A stretch of 64,000 nt of DNA from Methanobacteriota archaeon (GTDB lineage Archaea > Halobacteriota > Bog-38 > Methanoflorentales > Methanoflorentaceae): positions 128,001-192,000 of the forward strand of contig CAVRAO010000002.1 in assembly GCA_963719035.1 (NCBI GenBank), in the 5' to 3' direction. A model generated the notes under the pieces. That model did not search any database. It saw only the letters and a list, made by a program, of their open reading frames with translations, and was not told the DNA's origin. How positions within the stretch are numbered: the stretch's first letter is position 1; each line of letters begins with the position of its first letter. Positions 1 to 12,709 of this stretch are shown here, one piece after another. The position numbers were made by a program, and so were the translations under genes.

Positions 1-98
1 GGGAGAAGCCACACTATCTCGTTCTTTGCAGATTCTATAATGTTTGAACCGACAGCTAACGCGTCTGTGACGCTTTCAATAATAATCTTCTCAGCCAT
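1..98 (-). CDS. Stand-alone TrmB C-terminal (effector) domain protein, 5' part only (runs off window)
   Basis: Manual translation MAEKIIIESVTDALAVGSNIIESAKNEIVWLLP is nearly identical to the N-terminus of the 235..714 protein; TATA-like TTTATAA upstream. Confidence 0.85.
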   Translation of the reverse strand, partial: MAEKIIIESVTDALAVGSNIIESAKNEIVWLL

Positions 99-234
99 AA
101 TCATCGAATTTGTTCTAAACTTATAAAAATTATGACCCTAACAGTCCAAGTAGTAGTCGCCGATTCTTACACCTTAGGAGTACCCAAAAAAATCCCATTT
201 GAGCGTTGTTCTCTCGCGAGCTTCTTTATATGTC

Positions 235-714
235 TTACGGGCCTTGTTCCAATAATTCGCGTATCCGCTCTTGTGCATCAACGCCTTGTGCCCACGCCTG
301 ATCGAAATGTGACAGAAGATACTCGGCGTAAGTAGGGGCCTCGCTCCAGAATGCAACAACCTGATCATCAAGCGAGAGGGCTTCTACGTTTACGTGCATG
401 GAGCTTATGCTTTGCTTCTTATCTCCAACGAGGAAAAACACCCCTTCGTAATGATCGACGTGGCGCAAGTCTTCGCCTATATCTAAGAGTGATTGCGCCA
501 GCTCGGCATACAAAGGTGATATATGGAAAATGCTTCGTATATAGCCCCCATTTTCTATCAGAATTTTTGACTTTTTGGTTATGCCGTATTGGGCAGCGAA
601 GACCACCATCGCGGGGGGGAGAAGCCACACTATTTCGTTCTTTGCAGATTCAATAATGCTTGAACCGACAGCTAACGCGTCCTTAACACTGTTAATAATT
701 GTCCCCTTAGCCAT
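235..714 (-). CDS. Stand-alone TrmB C-terminal effector domain protein (no HTH)
   Basis: Aligns to the C-terminal half of the full-length TrmB proteins in the window (RH.DHY.G, WSE.PTYAEYL...F...W.Q...A..RI.EL). Confidence 0.85.
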   Translation of the reverse strand: MAKGTIINSVKDALAVGSSIIESAKNEIVWLLPPAMVVFAAQYGITKKSKILIENGGYIRSIFHISPLYAELAQSLLDIGEDLRHVDHYEGVFFLVGDKKQSISSMHVNVEALSLDDQVVAFWSEAPTYAEYLLSHFDQAWAQGVDAQERIRELLEQGP

Positions 715-872
715 TACTCACACTAGCGTTCTCGAGTTTATAAAGCTGTGTGACACCGTGTGCTTCGCGTATCAGAATGAGGTTAAAAAAGTATAACATA
801 ATCGTCAGAACGGTCTACCTCGTCGATATTTACGGTGATGTGACCACTACTAAACAATTGCAGTCTTACAAA

Positions 873-1341
873 TCATCCTAGCGAAGGAAATGTTCGATCA
901 GCAACTGGAACTGACTTTGTCCACGCTGCTCTAAAGGAGGAAAAGAGATACGCAGCGTAAATAGGGTCATCAGTCCAATATGCAACGAGTTGGTCATTGA
1001 GCACGAGATCCTCTGTGACAGGGTTTATCGAACTGACGCTCTCTGTCTTATCGCGCATAAAAAAAGCACTTCTTGTGGGTTATTGACAAGGCGTACGTCT
1101 TCACCGACGTCCAAGAGCTCGCGCACTGTGTCAATGTAATAGAATGAGAGACTCGTACTGCCCCCTACGTGACCTCCGCGCTGCACGAGGTGCTGCCTCT
1201 CTTCCTAAGCTATATTGTGAGGCAAAGCTTAAAACGCAAGGTGGGGCGACGTACGCGATTTCAGTCTCTGCAGCTTATAAATATCTGTCCTGCTATCACT
1301 AAAAAGTCATTGACGCTGTCAACAGTCTTCCCAAAAACCAT
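873..1341 (-). pseudogene. Frameshifted stand-alone TrmB effector-domain paralog
   Basis: Pieces MVFGKTVDSVNDFL / AETEIAYVAPP / LVQRGG...RELLDVGEDVR / RDKTESVSSIN...WTDDPIYAAYL fall in different frames. Confidence 0.75.
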
Positions 1342-1452
1342 GGCTTCTAGATTCTCAATCTTTGACGCCTATAAATAAAGATATGCCACAGACGCTTGTT
1401 ATAAGGTACAAATTGACCAGGAAAAAAGCAATGATGCTTATAAACGCCGCCC

Positions 1453-2289
1453 TCAAGCCAGCGAAGGTGGGTGTTGCTGAAGTTCTTTTATTCGTTGTGC
1501 AGCAGGGATTGCCTGTCTCCATAAGACATCGAACGTAGCGCCGAGATATTCCGCATAGGTCGGATCATCACTCCAGAGCACCGCAATGTGTTCATTGAGT
1601 GACATACGCCGTATATCGATGTTAATCGCTGTAAGACAAGTTTTTCGATCAACAACGCCAAACGTGATGCCCCGGTAATGATCGAAATGGCGGAATTCTT
1701 CGCTAATGTCTAGCATTTCTTGCATCAATTCGATTCCTGAATATGAGATGTCTGTTATAGCTCGAGTGCTCCCACCACGCTCAACAAATTTCCTGACTTC
1801 TTCAGTGATGCCGAATAGCGACGCAAAGGTAACGATCTCTTGCGGCACGATCAATAGAAATTCATTTTGCGCCAAGTTTATGAGGGGCAGTGTGACACTA
1901 ACGAGTTCTCCGAGACTTTTGATCAGCTTGAACGTCGTAACCTCATTAGACGGACTAAACCGTTGGTGCGTTGAGAGTTCAGCAAGCTCTTGCTTTCGCG
2001 TTTCCATCTCGCGTAGCTCGGTCTCCTGCTTCTTCAGCACGCTTTCGAGAGCCTGTTCAAGGTCAACCGCTACATAGGACGTGGGAACGCCAAGCGAGGG
2101 ATGTACCATACCTCTCTCTATTAGACTGCTCAGCGTGCGGTGAACGTCCTCGCGATATGTCTTCAGTGATTTCGTGAGCGGTGCGGTCGTCTTTGGGCCG
2201 TATTTAAGCAGGTGGAAATAGAGACGTGCCTCTTTCTCGCTAAGTCCAAACCCCATGAGGCGAGTGATAAACGTCTCCTCAGAATACAT
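1453..2289 (-). CDS. TrmB-family transcriptional regulator
   Basis: N-terminal wHTH FGLSEKEARLYFHLLKYGP...YREDVHRTLSSLIERG, coiled coil, C-terminal effector domain. Confidence 0.9.
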   Translation of the reverse strand: MYSEETFITRLMGFGLSEKEARLYFHLLKYGPKTTAPLTKSLKTYREDVHRTLSSLIERGMVHPSLGVPTSYVAVDLEQALESVLKKQETELREMETRKQELAELSTHQRFSPSNEVTTFKLIKSLGELVSVTLPLINLAQNEFLLIVPQEIVTFASLFGITEEVRKFVERGGSTRAITDISYSGIELMQEMLDISEEFRHFDHYRGITFGVVDRKTCLTAINIDIRRMSLNEHIAVLWSDDPTYAEYLGATFDVLWRQAIPAAQRIKELQQHPPSLA

Positions 2290-2462
2290 AATCGTTCAGC
2301 TTAGCGGCCAGGATATATTTAAATTTCGAGCTTGGTTAACGTCCTTACAGATTTGAGTTGTACTGTTATAACGTTTTGCCTTGCGTTTGGTGAGACCGGC
2401 GGTTTCACTTAAACTACTAGTTAATTATAGCCCTGTCAAGGGTCGCTTGCATCGCCTCCTAG

Positions 2463-3821
2463 CTAGATCCTCGTCAAAGAGGGCTGCAGCGCAGCCGTGT
2501 ATCCTGTTGTAGAAAGCGTCTTATCCGCAGGTTCTAGAGAGGCTTCGTGACGGGGGTCCTGTTGCAGTTGCTGATTTATGTAATCTTCTGCGTTGATTGC
2601 TTTCGTCCAAGTCATTTCAAATGCGCTCGTAAGAAATTCTGCTTGCGCTATGCTGTCGCTCCACAACGCCGCGACATTTTCATCCAGTGAAAGTGCGGTT
2701 TTCTGATCGGCGTAAATGAGGCTTATGCTTCGTTTGCCGTCAGCGATAACCATCGTCATTCCACAGTAGTGGTCTTTGTGTCGCAGTTTTACTCCACAAC
2801 TGGGGTACTCACGGGCCACTAAAGCGTTCATTGGGTAGATATCGAGTACGCCGCGGACGCTTACACCTCGTGCAACAGCACATCGCAATTGATTCTGAAA
2901 GCCGCCCATTGAAATGAGGTTGAATCGAGGATGGGCGATTAGAATAATGGAAGCCTCTGCCGAGTTAATTAGCTGTGATATGGTAGTTACGAGTTCCCCA
3001 ACGGTTTTTACCAGCTTGAACGAGCTATTTGCGTTCTCTCTTCGCCAGAGCGTAACGCTAGCGTCTTCGACAACCTTTTGCTTGACCCTTTGCAAAAAAC
3101 GAAGTTCGTGCTTGTGGGCACGGAGCACGTTGTTGAGCGCCCCGTCAAGTTCGACTGGTATATAACGTGATGAATCTTCTGATGTTTTTGTTGCTACGCC
3201 GATATCAATTAAGCGTGCGCACCTCCGATAAACGTCCTCGCGATACGTTTTCAGAGATCGCGCAAGTTCGCCTGCCCGCTTCGGTCCGTACCTCAGCAAG
3301 TGCACGTACAACTGCGCTTCTTTCTCATTAAGCCCAAACGCGGTCAATAATTGTATGAGGGCCCGATCGTCGTCAATCGCAAGCGTTTCAGGTGGTAGGG
3401 CATCATCTTTGAGACTTAGCGGTATGCCATTCACACGCTCAAGGAGCTCCACCCTTATCTTCTCCATCTCACGAATCTCGCGCTGGCGGGCGAGGAGCAC
3501 GTAGTTGAGCGCTTTGTCTAGATTCACCGCCGAGTAAACGGTGGGGCTCTCTTTCTTCTCGCTCACTATGTTCTTGTTAATAAGGGTTGTAAGCTTTCGA
3601 TAGACGTCCAAACGATACGTTTTCAGAGATCGCGCAAGTTCGCCTGCCCGCTTCGGTCCGTACCTCAGCAAGTGCACGTACAACTGCGCCTCCTTCTCAT
3701 TGAGCCCGAAGTCGTTGAGCGTTTTTATGATCGATTCTGTGCCGTTTGCACGTGGTATTCCGCGGTGAGCGCTCGGAGTGGAAAACACGTTAGGCACAAA
3801 ACCATCTCGTTCACCGTTCAT
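2463..3821 (-). CDS. TrmB-family regulator with two tandem wHTH modules
   Basis: FGLNEKEAQLYVHLLRYGPKRAGELARSLKTYR occurs twice, followed by one effector domain; ATG 3821 preferred over TTG 3854, which overlaps the upstream small ORF. Confidence 0.88.
   Translation of the reverse strand: MNGERDGFVPNVFSTPSAHRGIPRANGTESIIKTLNDFGLNEKEAQLYVHLLRYGPKRAGELARSLKTYRLDVYRKLTTLINKNIVSEKKESPTVYSAVNLDKALNYVLLARQREIREMEKIRVELLERVNGIPLSLKDDALPPETLAIDDDRALIQLLTAFGLNEKEAQLYVHLLRYGPKRAGELARSLKTYREDVYRRCARLIDIGVATKTSEDSSRYIPVELDGALNNVLRAHKHELRFLQRVKQKVVEDASVTLWRRENANSSFKLVKTVGELVTTISQLINSAEASIILIAHPRFNLISMGGFQNQLRCAVARGVSVRGVLDIYPMNALVAREYPSCGVKLRHKDHYCGMTMVIADGKRSISLIYADQKTALSLDENVAALWSDSIAQAEFLTSAFEMTWTKAINAEDYINQQLQQDPRHEASLEPADKTLSTTGYTAALQPSLTRI
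3241..3689 (+). repeat. 77-bp perfect direct repeat (3241-3317 and 3613-3689) inside the double-HTH TrmB gene
   Basis: cgatacgttttcagagatcg...gtacaactgcgc identical in both copies. Confidence 0.9.
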
Positions 3822-3850
3822 CTCTTTCTTACCTACCTTCCGTAGCAGCG

Positions 3851-4030
3851 TCAAGATGACGCATTTTCTGTGCGCGGTGCTTCAATTGTGCTCACTGCTG
3901 TATCGTGTGCGTAGTTTACTGCGTTTGTGAGCCTCTCTGCGCAGCGCCGACAGTTAGGATCACGTCCGGCGCACAGGCATCCGAAGTGAACGCCATAGTA
4001 GCATCCCGCATCACTAGCTAAAACGGTCAT
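3851..4030 (-). CDS. 59-aa Cys/His microprotein, C-x4-H-x2-C-x8-C-x2-C (not in ORF track)
   Basis: MTVLASDAGCYYGVHFGCLCAGRDPNCRRCAERL...; GAGGGG RBS-like sequence; same ligand spacing as 26606..26752. Confidence 0.6.
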   Translation of the reverse strand: MTVLASDAGCYYGVHFGCLCAGRDPNCRRCAERLTNAVNYAHDTAVSTIEAPRTENASS

Positions 4031-4069
4031 AACCCCTCAATTCAAAAAGGGAAAAAGAGGGTATAAGGT

Positions 4070-4097
4070 CGCGTGAGTACAATTATTTGTCACACAT
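4070..4097. promoter_or_regulatory. Imperfect palindrome cgcGTGAgtACAAttatTTGTCACacat next to a minus-strand TATA-like element
   Basis: Related copies at 23248-23272 and 26836-26860, half-site at 747-755. Confidence 0.5.
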
Positions 4098-4191
4098 ATG
4101 GACGCGTAAAAAGAATTCCGATAGGGAATTACGAATTCAAAGACCTAGGACGCTAATGCTAGGGCTTTTCGACTCGATTCGACTGCAGTAC

Positions 4192-5163
4192 CTACTCGTT
4201 TTGAACCAGCTGCGCAACTGCAAATGCTGGGAATACGTTCGAAAGCGCACGTCCGTATTGCTGTGAGAGTAGTCGAAATTCAAGTCCTGCGTTCACGGCG
4301 GCCTTGGCAATGAGAAACTCTCCGAGGCCTGCTCCGATGACCGTGTGTAACTCGTACTCCCGTGCCTGAAACGCCAGTGCTTCTGCAAGCTCGTTGATCT
4401 GCGCGCGTTCCACCTGCCTGGCAACCTCGTGCGTATTTTCCCTGCCAAGTTCGCTTACATCGCAAAGCAGGACTCGCGCAATTCTTTTATAACACGCCTT
4501 AAGATCGCGTGATTGAGAATCAGGTGAGTCGCAGGCGTAATCTGCTTCGTCTATGTTGCCTAGCACGCGGTGCACGTCTGCGGTGATCGAAAACAGTTCC
4601 GTGGAGAGCTTATACTTCTTGCCGCTAAGGTTTACAACGCGTAAAATGGTCGCGATGTTGGTTCTGAGTACGCCCGTATAGATGAGTTCGTACTGTCCCA
4701 ATCGGTCAAAGTCCATAGTTCGGGCGATCGACTTGCCATTCTTTATAGGAATGATGTCGGACGTCGTGCTTCCAACGTCTGTGAATATGCAGTCTTTGAC
4801 GCTCGTTGCGAGAAAGGCGGCAGAGGCCGCCCAATTTGACGCAGCGTATAAATGGGCGTCTTCTTCTGCGATACCTTGGGTTAGCTCTCCGTAAACATTC
4901 AGATAGCACGGCTTAGCAAAGACTGAGTTGACAGCAGCAGCTATAGAACAAATCCCTTCTTTCTTGCTCGTAAAAGCGTCGGCTAACTCTCCTGTAATAA
5001 CGATTCCTACGCGCTCTGGCCGAAACTCATCTTTTACGCGCCGTAACAAGCCTGCGAGGTTGTTCTTCCTCCACAGCGGCAAGTAAAAGCTACTCGCGGT
5101 TCCGCTCGCAGAAGCAACTTTCGTATTCGCTCCACCGATGTCGATTCCGATTGTTTGGGCCAT
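4192..5163 (-). CDS. mfnF: Methanofuran biosynthesis protein MfnF (hydantoinase A-like, H4MPT-linked C1 pathway protein)
   Basis: GIDIGGANTK, TGELADAF..K.EG, AASNW.ASA, DVGSTTSDIIPI, L.YTGVLRT motifs; adjacent to mfnD. Confidence 0.85.
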   Translation of the reverse strand: MAQTIGIDIGGANTKVASASGTASSFYLPLWRKNNLAGLLRRVKDEFRPERVGIVITGELADAFTSKKEGICSIAAAVNSVFAKPCYLNVYGELTQGIAEEDAHLYAASNWAASAAFLATSVKDCIFTDVGSTTSDIIPIKNGKSIARTMDFDRLGQYELIYTGVLRTNIATILRVVNLSGKKYKLSTELFSITADVHRVLGNIDEADYACDSPDSQSRDLKACYKRIARVLLCDVSELGRENTHEVARQVERAQINELAEALAFQAREYELHTVIGAGLGEFLIAKAAVNAGLEFRLLSQQYGRALSNVFPAFAVAQLVQNE

Positions 5164-5169
5164 AGGGTT

Positions 5170-6057
5170 TCAAAGATAGTGATTGCTGCCGCAATTTGTT
5201 CTTAAGAACGTATGTATACCATGTGGTTTTAGGAGAGTTGGCAGTTTCTTTCCTAATCGCGCTTTAAGAATTAGATCTGCCACGTTGCCGATCACCTTGT
5301 CGATGCTTACTATCGCCGTTGTAGGACGCGGATTCACATCGACTATGTTCACGATGCCGTCAGGCTGTAACACGATGTCAACGCCAACGTACCCTTTGCA
5401 TCCTAGCAACTGTGCGGCTCTCGAGGCTTGATCGATAACTCCGCTCCCGTTCGGAACGGAATAAGGAGATGTATTACCCAAATAATGGATAGTCGAATCG
5501 ATGCGAACGTGCTGTTTGTTGATCGATAGAGGCAGTATCGTTCTTCCAACAATGAGGCTCACGCTTATGTGCTCCCCAGAGACAAATTTGGAGACAAGCG
5601 TGTTCTCGTTGATGTCATCTGGTTCGAACGTTTCGACGATGTGAATTCCCTCTGCGCCACAGCCGTCCCGAGGCTTTAAGATGTACGGGCCAGTTGGGGG
5701 ATTTATTTCAGGAACGGTCAGTGATCCACGCAAAAGCACCATAGAGGCGGTGAGTTTGTCTGCCGCTTTCTTAACCGCTTCTGCAGGACACCCGAGATTC
5801 GTTGTGTGTTGTTCAACGAGTGCCGTGAAATCATAAAGGACGTTGTCAGGAGTTATGACGAGTCCTGCATCGCACACTTGTGCAAGACGCTCCACCTGCG
5901 TATAAAACGCGCTTGCATCGCCCTTTTTCGGTAGTGGCATGAGCACTGAATGTCCGCCTTTTTGGAAGCCTGCTTCGAGGGTGCGCAACATCGCGCCCCC
6001 CTCTTCGGCGAGGTGGGGGGTCATTACGCTTGCGTACTCGGCTAGTAGTATGTCCAT
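5170..6057 (-). CDS. mfnD: ATP-grasp tyramine--L-glutamate ligase
   Basis: ILLAEYA...EG.AML, KPRDGCGAEG, GYVGVDIV, VNPRPTT. Confidence 0.8.
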   Translation of the reverse strand: MDILLAEYASVMTPHLAEEGGAMLRTLEAGFQKGGHSVLMPLPKKGDASAFYTQVERLAQVCDAGLVITPDNVLYDFTALVEQHTTNLGCPAEAVKKAADKLTASMVLLRGSLTVPEINPPTGPYILKPRDGCGAEGIHIVETFEPDDINENTLVSKFVSGEHISVSLIVGRTILPLSINKQHVRIDSTIHYLGNTSPYSVPNGSGVIDQASRAAQLLGCKGYVGVDIVLQPDGIVNIVDVNPRPTTAIVSIDKVIGNVADLILKARLGKKLPTLLKPHGIHTFLRTNCGSNHYL

Positions 6058-6076
6058 AGAGAATTCTTCAGGTGCG

Positions 6077-6850
6077 CTATAATGCGCGATTCTTCAGTGT
6101 TGAATGGGCTACTGAGACTAGCTCGCTGAATGTGGCGTCTTTTGGTATCGCGTCGACTTTCACATTGCACGCACGAAGCGCATCGGCTGTGGGAATTCCT
6201 ATCGCGCCGATGAGTTGATACGCTAGTCGTGCGATGAGCCGTTCACGTGTTCCCATTCGGTCAGCGCAGTCAAAGAAAGCCCTTACTGTCATGGCGCTCG
6301 TAAATAATACGCCAGCCACGTCACCCTCGGTCACCTCCTGTATGAAGTCTCGCTGAGGGGGCCCACAGCGCTTTTTAAGCGTGTACAACACGACTTCTTT
6401 AACGACTGCGCCGCCGTTCTGGAGCCCCTCGATCAGTTCAGAGCTGCCATACGCGCTGCGCAAGACCCAGATTTTTTTTCCTGCTACGTTGCTGAGCATA
6501 TGAACGATGCCGCGCGAGCTGTACTCTGACGGCATAAGATCAACGCGAAGCTGCTCTTTAAGCAATGCAGCTCTGGTTGCGGGTCCTATGGCCACGACGC
6601 ATGTCGATTTAGGGATACTCTCAGCCTTGAGTCCAAGCTGCGCGCAACTCAGGGCACCGTTTGCGCTAGTGAGTATAAGGTAGTCCACGTTGCCTTTCGT
6701 TAATTCATCCAGGAAAGTAAACCAAAGTGAGTCGCGTTTAGGCATGATATCGACCATTGTGGCTGCTAAAGCTCTATACCCGAAGGATTCGACGACTTTT
6801 TTTGAATCCTCAAGCTGTTTCTCAGGTCTAATGATCGCTAGCGTTTGCAT
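6077..6850 (-). CDS. hemD: Uroporphyrinogen-III synthase
   Basis: LTSANG, AIGPAT, FTSAMTV, AIGIPTA motifs; hem operon context. Confidence 0.92.
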   Translation of the reverse strand: MQTLAIIRPEKQLEDSKKVVESFGYRALAATMVDIMPKRDSLWFTFLDELTKGNVDYLILTSANGALSCAQLGLKAESIPKSTCVVAIGPATRAALLKEQLRVDLMPSEYSSRGIVHMLSNVAGKKIWVLRSAYGSSELIEGLQNGGAVVKEVVLYTLKKRCGPPQRDFIQEVTEGDVAGVLFTSAMTVRAFFDCADRMGTRERLIARLAYQLIGAIGIPTADALRACNVKVDAIPKDATFSELVSVAHSTLKNRAL

Positions 6851-7598
6851 CTTGCGGTTTTAGTATGTGTGCGAGTTTTACAACGTCACCGACAACTAGC
6901 ACCGCTGGAGCTTCTACGTTGGCTGCTTCAGCTTTGAGTGCTATGTCATCTAAGGTGCTTACAACGACTTTTTGGCGGCTGGTAGTTCCTCGTGCAATGA
7001 TTGCCGCTGGTGTTTGCGCAGGCTTGCCAAAAGCGATTAGTTTCGCCACGTTCTCTGCGAGAGTGCCTACGCCCATCAGAATTACGAGGGTGCCATCAAG
7101 TTGGGCGAGAACGTCCCATTTAAGCTCGTTGCCCGCGGCTTCGTGGCCCGTAATGACGGTAAATGTGGAAGCGTACTTGCGGTGCGTTACCGGGATACCT
7201 GCATACGCAGGAACCGCCACGGCTGATGAAATACCGGGCACAATTTCCACAACGATTCCTTGAGCGACTAACTCTTCGGCCTCCTCCCCACCGCGACCGA
7301 ATACGTAGGGGTCGCCGCCCTTAAGCCGCACTACCCTCTTGCCCTTTTTCGCATATTGAACAAGCAGATCGTTAATCTTCTGTTGCGGAACCTTATGGTG
7401 GTTCGGATCCTTGCCGACATCCATGAGCTGTATTTTTTTGGGAACGAGAGCGATTATTCGCTCATCGACAAGCTTGTCATAGAGCACAATATCCGCGCTT
7501 TTTATAACGTGTTCGGCTTTTCGAGTCAATAGCTCTGGGTCACCGGGCCCTGCCCCAACTAAGAACACCTTCCCTTTTGACGTGTTTTTTGGTTTCAT
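6828..7598 (-). CDS. cobA: Uroporphyrinogen-III C-methyltransferase
   Basis: VFLVGAGPGDPELLT, RLKGGDPYVFGRGGEE, GIPVTHR. Confidence 0.95.
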   Translation of the reverse strand: MKPKNTSKGKVFLVGAGPGDPELLTRKAEHVIKSADIVLYDKLVDERIIALVPKKIQLMDVGKDPNHHKVPQQKINDLLVQYAKKGKRVVRLKGGDPYVFGRGGEEAEELVAQGIVVEIVPGISSAVAVPAYAGIPVTHRKYASTFTVITGHEAAGNELKWDVLAQLDGTLVILMGVGTLAENVAKLIAFGKPAQTPAAIIARGTTSRQKVVVSTLDDIALKAEAANVEAPAVLVVGDVVKLAHILKPQDANASDH

Positions 7599-7601
7599 TT
7601 T

Positions 7602-8504
7602 TCAATCAAGCGCTAAAATCGATGTGATAGCTTCGGCAATCAACGAGTCAGCTCCGTTTTCCTTCACTCGTTGGGCAAATGCTTTTGAGTCTTGTTCGTA
7701 ACTTTCAATAGGCATGCGATCGGTGAGGCGCACTACACGTTGGCCATCGAGGGAGAGCACCTCGGCAACGACGTTAACAAACTTACCTGCAAGGCGCGCT
7801 AAAATGCCAAGGGGGACTAAGCACCCACCCCCTAAAGTCTCCATAATGACTCGCTCAACCATGCCTTCAATGAGGGTTTGCTTGTCATTTATTTTGACGA
7901 CGGCATCGAACTTGTCGATTTCCTGATTCGCCATAACGGCGATGATCCCTTGGTTTGGCGATGGAACGAATGGCAGGCGCTTCTTATTGATCCTGATGCC
8001 AAGACGCTCGAGTCCCGCCTCGGCGAGAATCACCGCGTCAAACTCGCTTGCCCTTAGTTTTCTCATCCGCGTGTCGATATTGCCCCGAATCTGTCTGCGG
8101 TTGTAGAGTGGATAATATCGCGCTAATTGCGCCTGTCGTCGCAAGCTCGAAGTGCCGATAGTGGCTCCTTCACGCAACGGACGCTCGTAGATCAAAACGT
8201 CATACGGGGATGCGCGTGGCATAACGGCACAAATACCGATCTCCTTTGGCCTTTTTGTTGGCACGTCCTTCATGCTATGTACAGCGATGTCGATGTCGCC
8301 CGTAAGCATTCGTTCGTCGATATCTCTTACAAAGGCGCCAATACCAGCCTCTCGGAAGGGCTTGTCGGTAAAATTATCGCCGCTCGTTTGGACGACAACG
8401 AGCTTGCTTTCCACGCCGTTCTTAGCGAGCAAGCTCTTGACCGTCTCAGCTTGAATCAATGCGAGTTTGCTGCCTCTGGTGCCAATACGCAGTATTTTGA
8501 TCAC
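7602..8504 (-). CDS. hemC: Porphobilinogen deaminase
   Basis: RIGTRGSKLAL.Q, AVHSMKDVP, GTSSLRR, RGNIDTR, GGGC. Confidence 0.95.
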   Translation of the reverse strand: MIKILRIGTRGSKLALIQAETVKSLLAKNGVESKLVVVQTSGDNFTDKPFREAGIGAFVRDIDERMLTGDIDIAVHSMKDVPTKRPKEIGICAVMPRASPYDVLIYERPLREGATIGTSSLRRQAQLARYYPLYNRRQIRGNIDTRMRKLRASEFDAVILAEAGLERLGIRINKKRLPFVPSPNQGIIAVMANQEIDKFDAVVKINDKQTLIEGMVERVIMETLGGGCLVPLGILARLAGKFVNVVAEVLSLDGQRVVRLTDRMPIESYEQDSKAFAQRVKENGADSLIAEAITSILALD

Positions 8505-8536
8505 GCTCTATTTGTTGTTCGCTGTCGTTGTTGGGG

Positions 8537-10793
<2,257 letters not shown>

Positions 10794-12047
10794 CTAAACC
10801 TCCTGACGTTTGAATAGTTTGTGTGCTGAGCTCATTAGGTCATAATCGTCGTTAGCGGCTGCATCTCGAAGTGATGCAGTAAGCTCAAAAAGGAGTTTAT
10901 TCACGATTGAACCCGTAAGGTCATCTAAGATCTGCTCGTTCTTATTTAGATTCTCCTCACTTCGTAGACGGTTGTGCGCTTTTTCGAGCTCGCGCACCCG
11001 AAGCTCCTCTGCGTTCTGATATAAGCTCGCTATCAAGCCCATTCACGCGATCTTTCTTGTATTGCCCTTCGAGTAGGTTGAGCTCTTGGTTGATGATCGC
11101 GACCACCTTTCCGATCTCGGAACGTCGCTTCTTAAGGTTATGTTCGGTGATCTTGCGTAAATCGTCGATGTTGTGTAGGTCGACGTTATCGAGCGTGGCT
11201 ACACTCTCTTCAACGTCACGCGGATTGGCGATGTCGATGATGACTAGCGACTGGCCTTTCGCTGTTGCATTGCGTGACTTACTCGGTCACGGGTGAGTAT
11301 GTAGTGCGGCGCTGCTGGTTGCGCTTATTACTAGGTCTGCTTCACACAGGTAATCGTCTATCTTGTCAAATCTGAATCGCAGATGCCCCCAAGCCTTTTA
11401 GCTAGGGTTTGCGCGCGTCGAAAGGTCCGGTTTGAGACAAACATCGCCTTTAGCTCTCGTTCGGCGAGTGCCACCGCTACTAGCGTTCCCAGCTCGCCGG
11501 CTCCGATGCTCAGAATCGCCTTGTCCTCGAGGGAACCCATTACTCGTTCGGCGAGGTCAACTGCTGCTGAGCCAACTGACACTGAGCCGCGATTTATTTG
11601 CGTCTCCGTTCGTACACGCTTTCCGAGCTTTAATCGCCTTGGAATAATGCTAAGCCCAAGTCGGGCCCTAATGTGCCCTCTTTGCTCGCCATTTCGACCG
11701 CCTGCTTTAAGCTGGCCAAGTATCTGGTCCTCGCCTACAATCATAGAATCGAGGCCTGACGCCAGTCGCATCAAGTGCCGGAGTGATTCCCGTGACTCAT
11801 ATCGGCCAATGAGCTCTTGCGGCACAGCGGGGAAGAAGCGCCCTATAAACGAGCTAACGTCGAATTCGTTCGTTACGTTGAGGTAGAGCTCAATCCGATT
11901 GCACGTTTGCACGATGACACATTCACTAACGTCGGCGGCTGCGTGCATTGCCTTCAATGCGTCCTCCACGTTGTCAATGCGGGCGCACTCTAAGTCGTTC
12001 AGGCTTGCCCACTTGTGCGATATCGAAAGGTTGCAGATCCCATTCAC
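10794..12047 (-). CDS. hemA: Glutamyl-tRNA reductase, several frameshifts (possible sequence errors)
   Basis: QTCNRIELY, SGLDSMIVGEDQILGQ, GAGELG, IDIANPRDVE and C-terminal SIVNKLL found across frames. Confidence 0.88.
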
Positions 12048-12709
12048 GTATGAACCCCTTGTGTCGTCGCCTGCTGCATCAATCGTTCGTTTTCCACGAT
12101 CTCAAGTGCCGCTTGTAGTCCCGCGTCGTAGCTACGCGCGAGTTCAGCCCACACACCTTGGTCGTTTATGATTATTTCAAGGATGCGCCTTCGCTCGAGT
12201 TGGCTGCCAATCTTCTTTTTTAAAATGGTGCGCAGTTTATCCTGGAGCGTTACCATAAGAGCAACGTTTTCTATGAGCTCCTCGATACGCAGTCTGAGAA
12301 ATCTAGCTGATGTGGGACTTTTGCCCATCGTCGAAATCCCGACTTGGATATCGTCTTTGTTGATAATCGACGGCACGATAACCTCGCCGATGCCGTCCAC
12401 TTGGTTAACGAGGACGTTCATCGCCTTAGCTTGATCGGCGATAAACGTGTTGAGCGTGCGATTGTTGGTTGCCGGAACGACGATAAAAGCGCCTGTAAGG
12501 TACTTCTTTACATCTTTCAAGTCGTCTACAATCGCGTCGATAAGGCCACTGTCTGCCATTTTCAATAATTCAGCTGTAAAGCTCGTGCTTACAACTGTCG
12601 TTAGCCCGTAGGTGCAAAACATCTTGGCCTTTCTCTCGCCAACGTGTCCACCGCCGAATATGACTATGTTCCTGTTTTTTAGGTCGATAAAAAGGGGTAC
12701 GTGAGCCAT
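12044..12709 (-). CDS. sirC: Precorrin-2 dehydrogenase (siroheme synthase N-terminal domain)
   Basis: PLFIDL, FGGGHVGERKA, ISTMGKSP. Confidence 0.88.
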   Translation of the reverse strand: MAHVPLFIDLKNRNIVIFGGGHVGERKAKMFCTYGLTTVVSTSFTAELLKMADSGLIDAIVDDLKDVKKYLTGAFIVVPATNNRTLNTFIADQAKAMNVLVNQVDGIGEVIVPSIINKDDIQVGISTMGKSPTSARFLRLRIEELIENVALMVTLQDKLRTILKKKIGSQLERRRILEIIINDQGVWAELARSYDAGLQAALEIVENERLMQQATTQGVHT

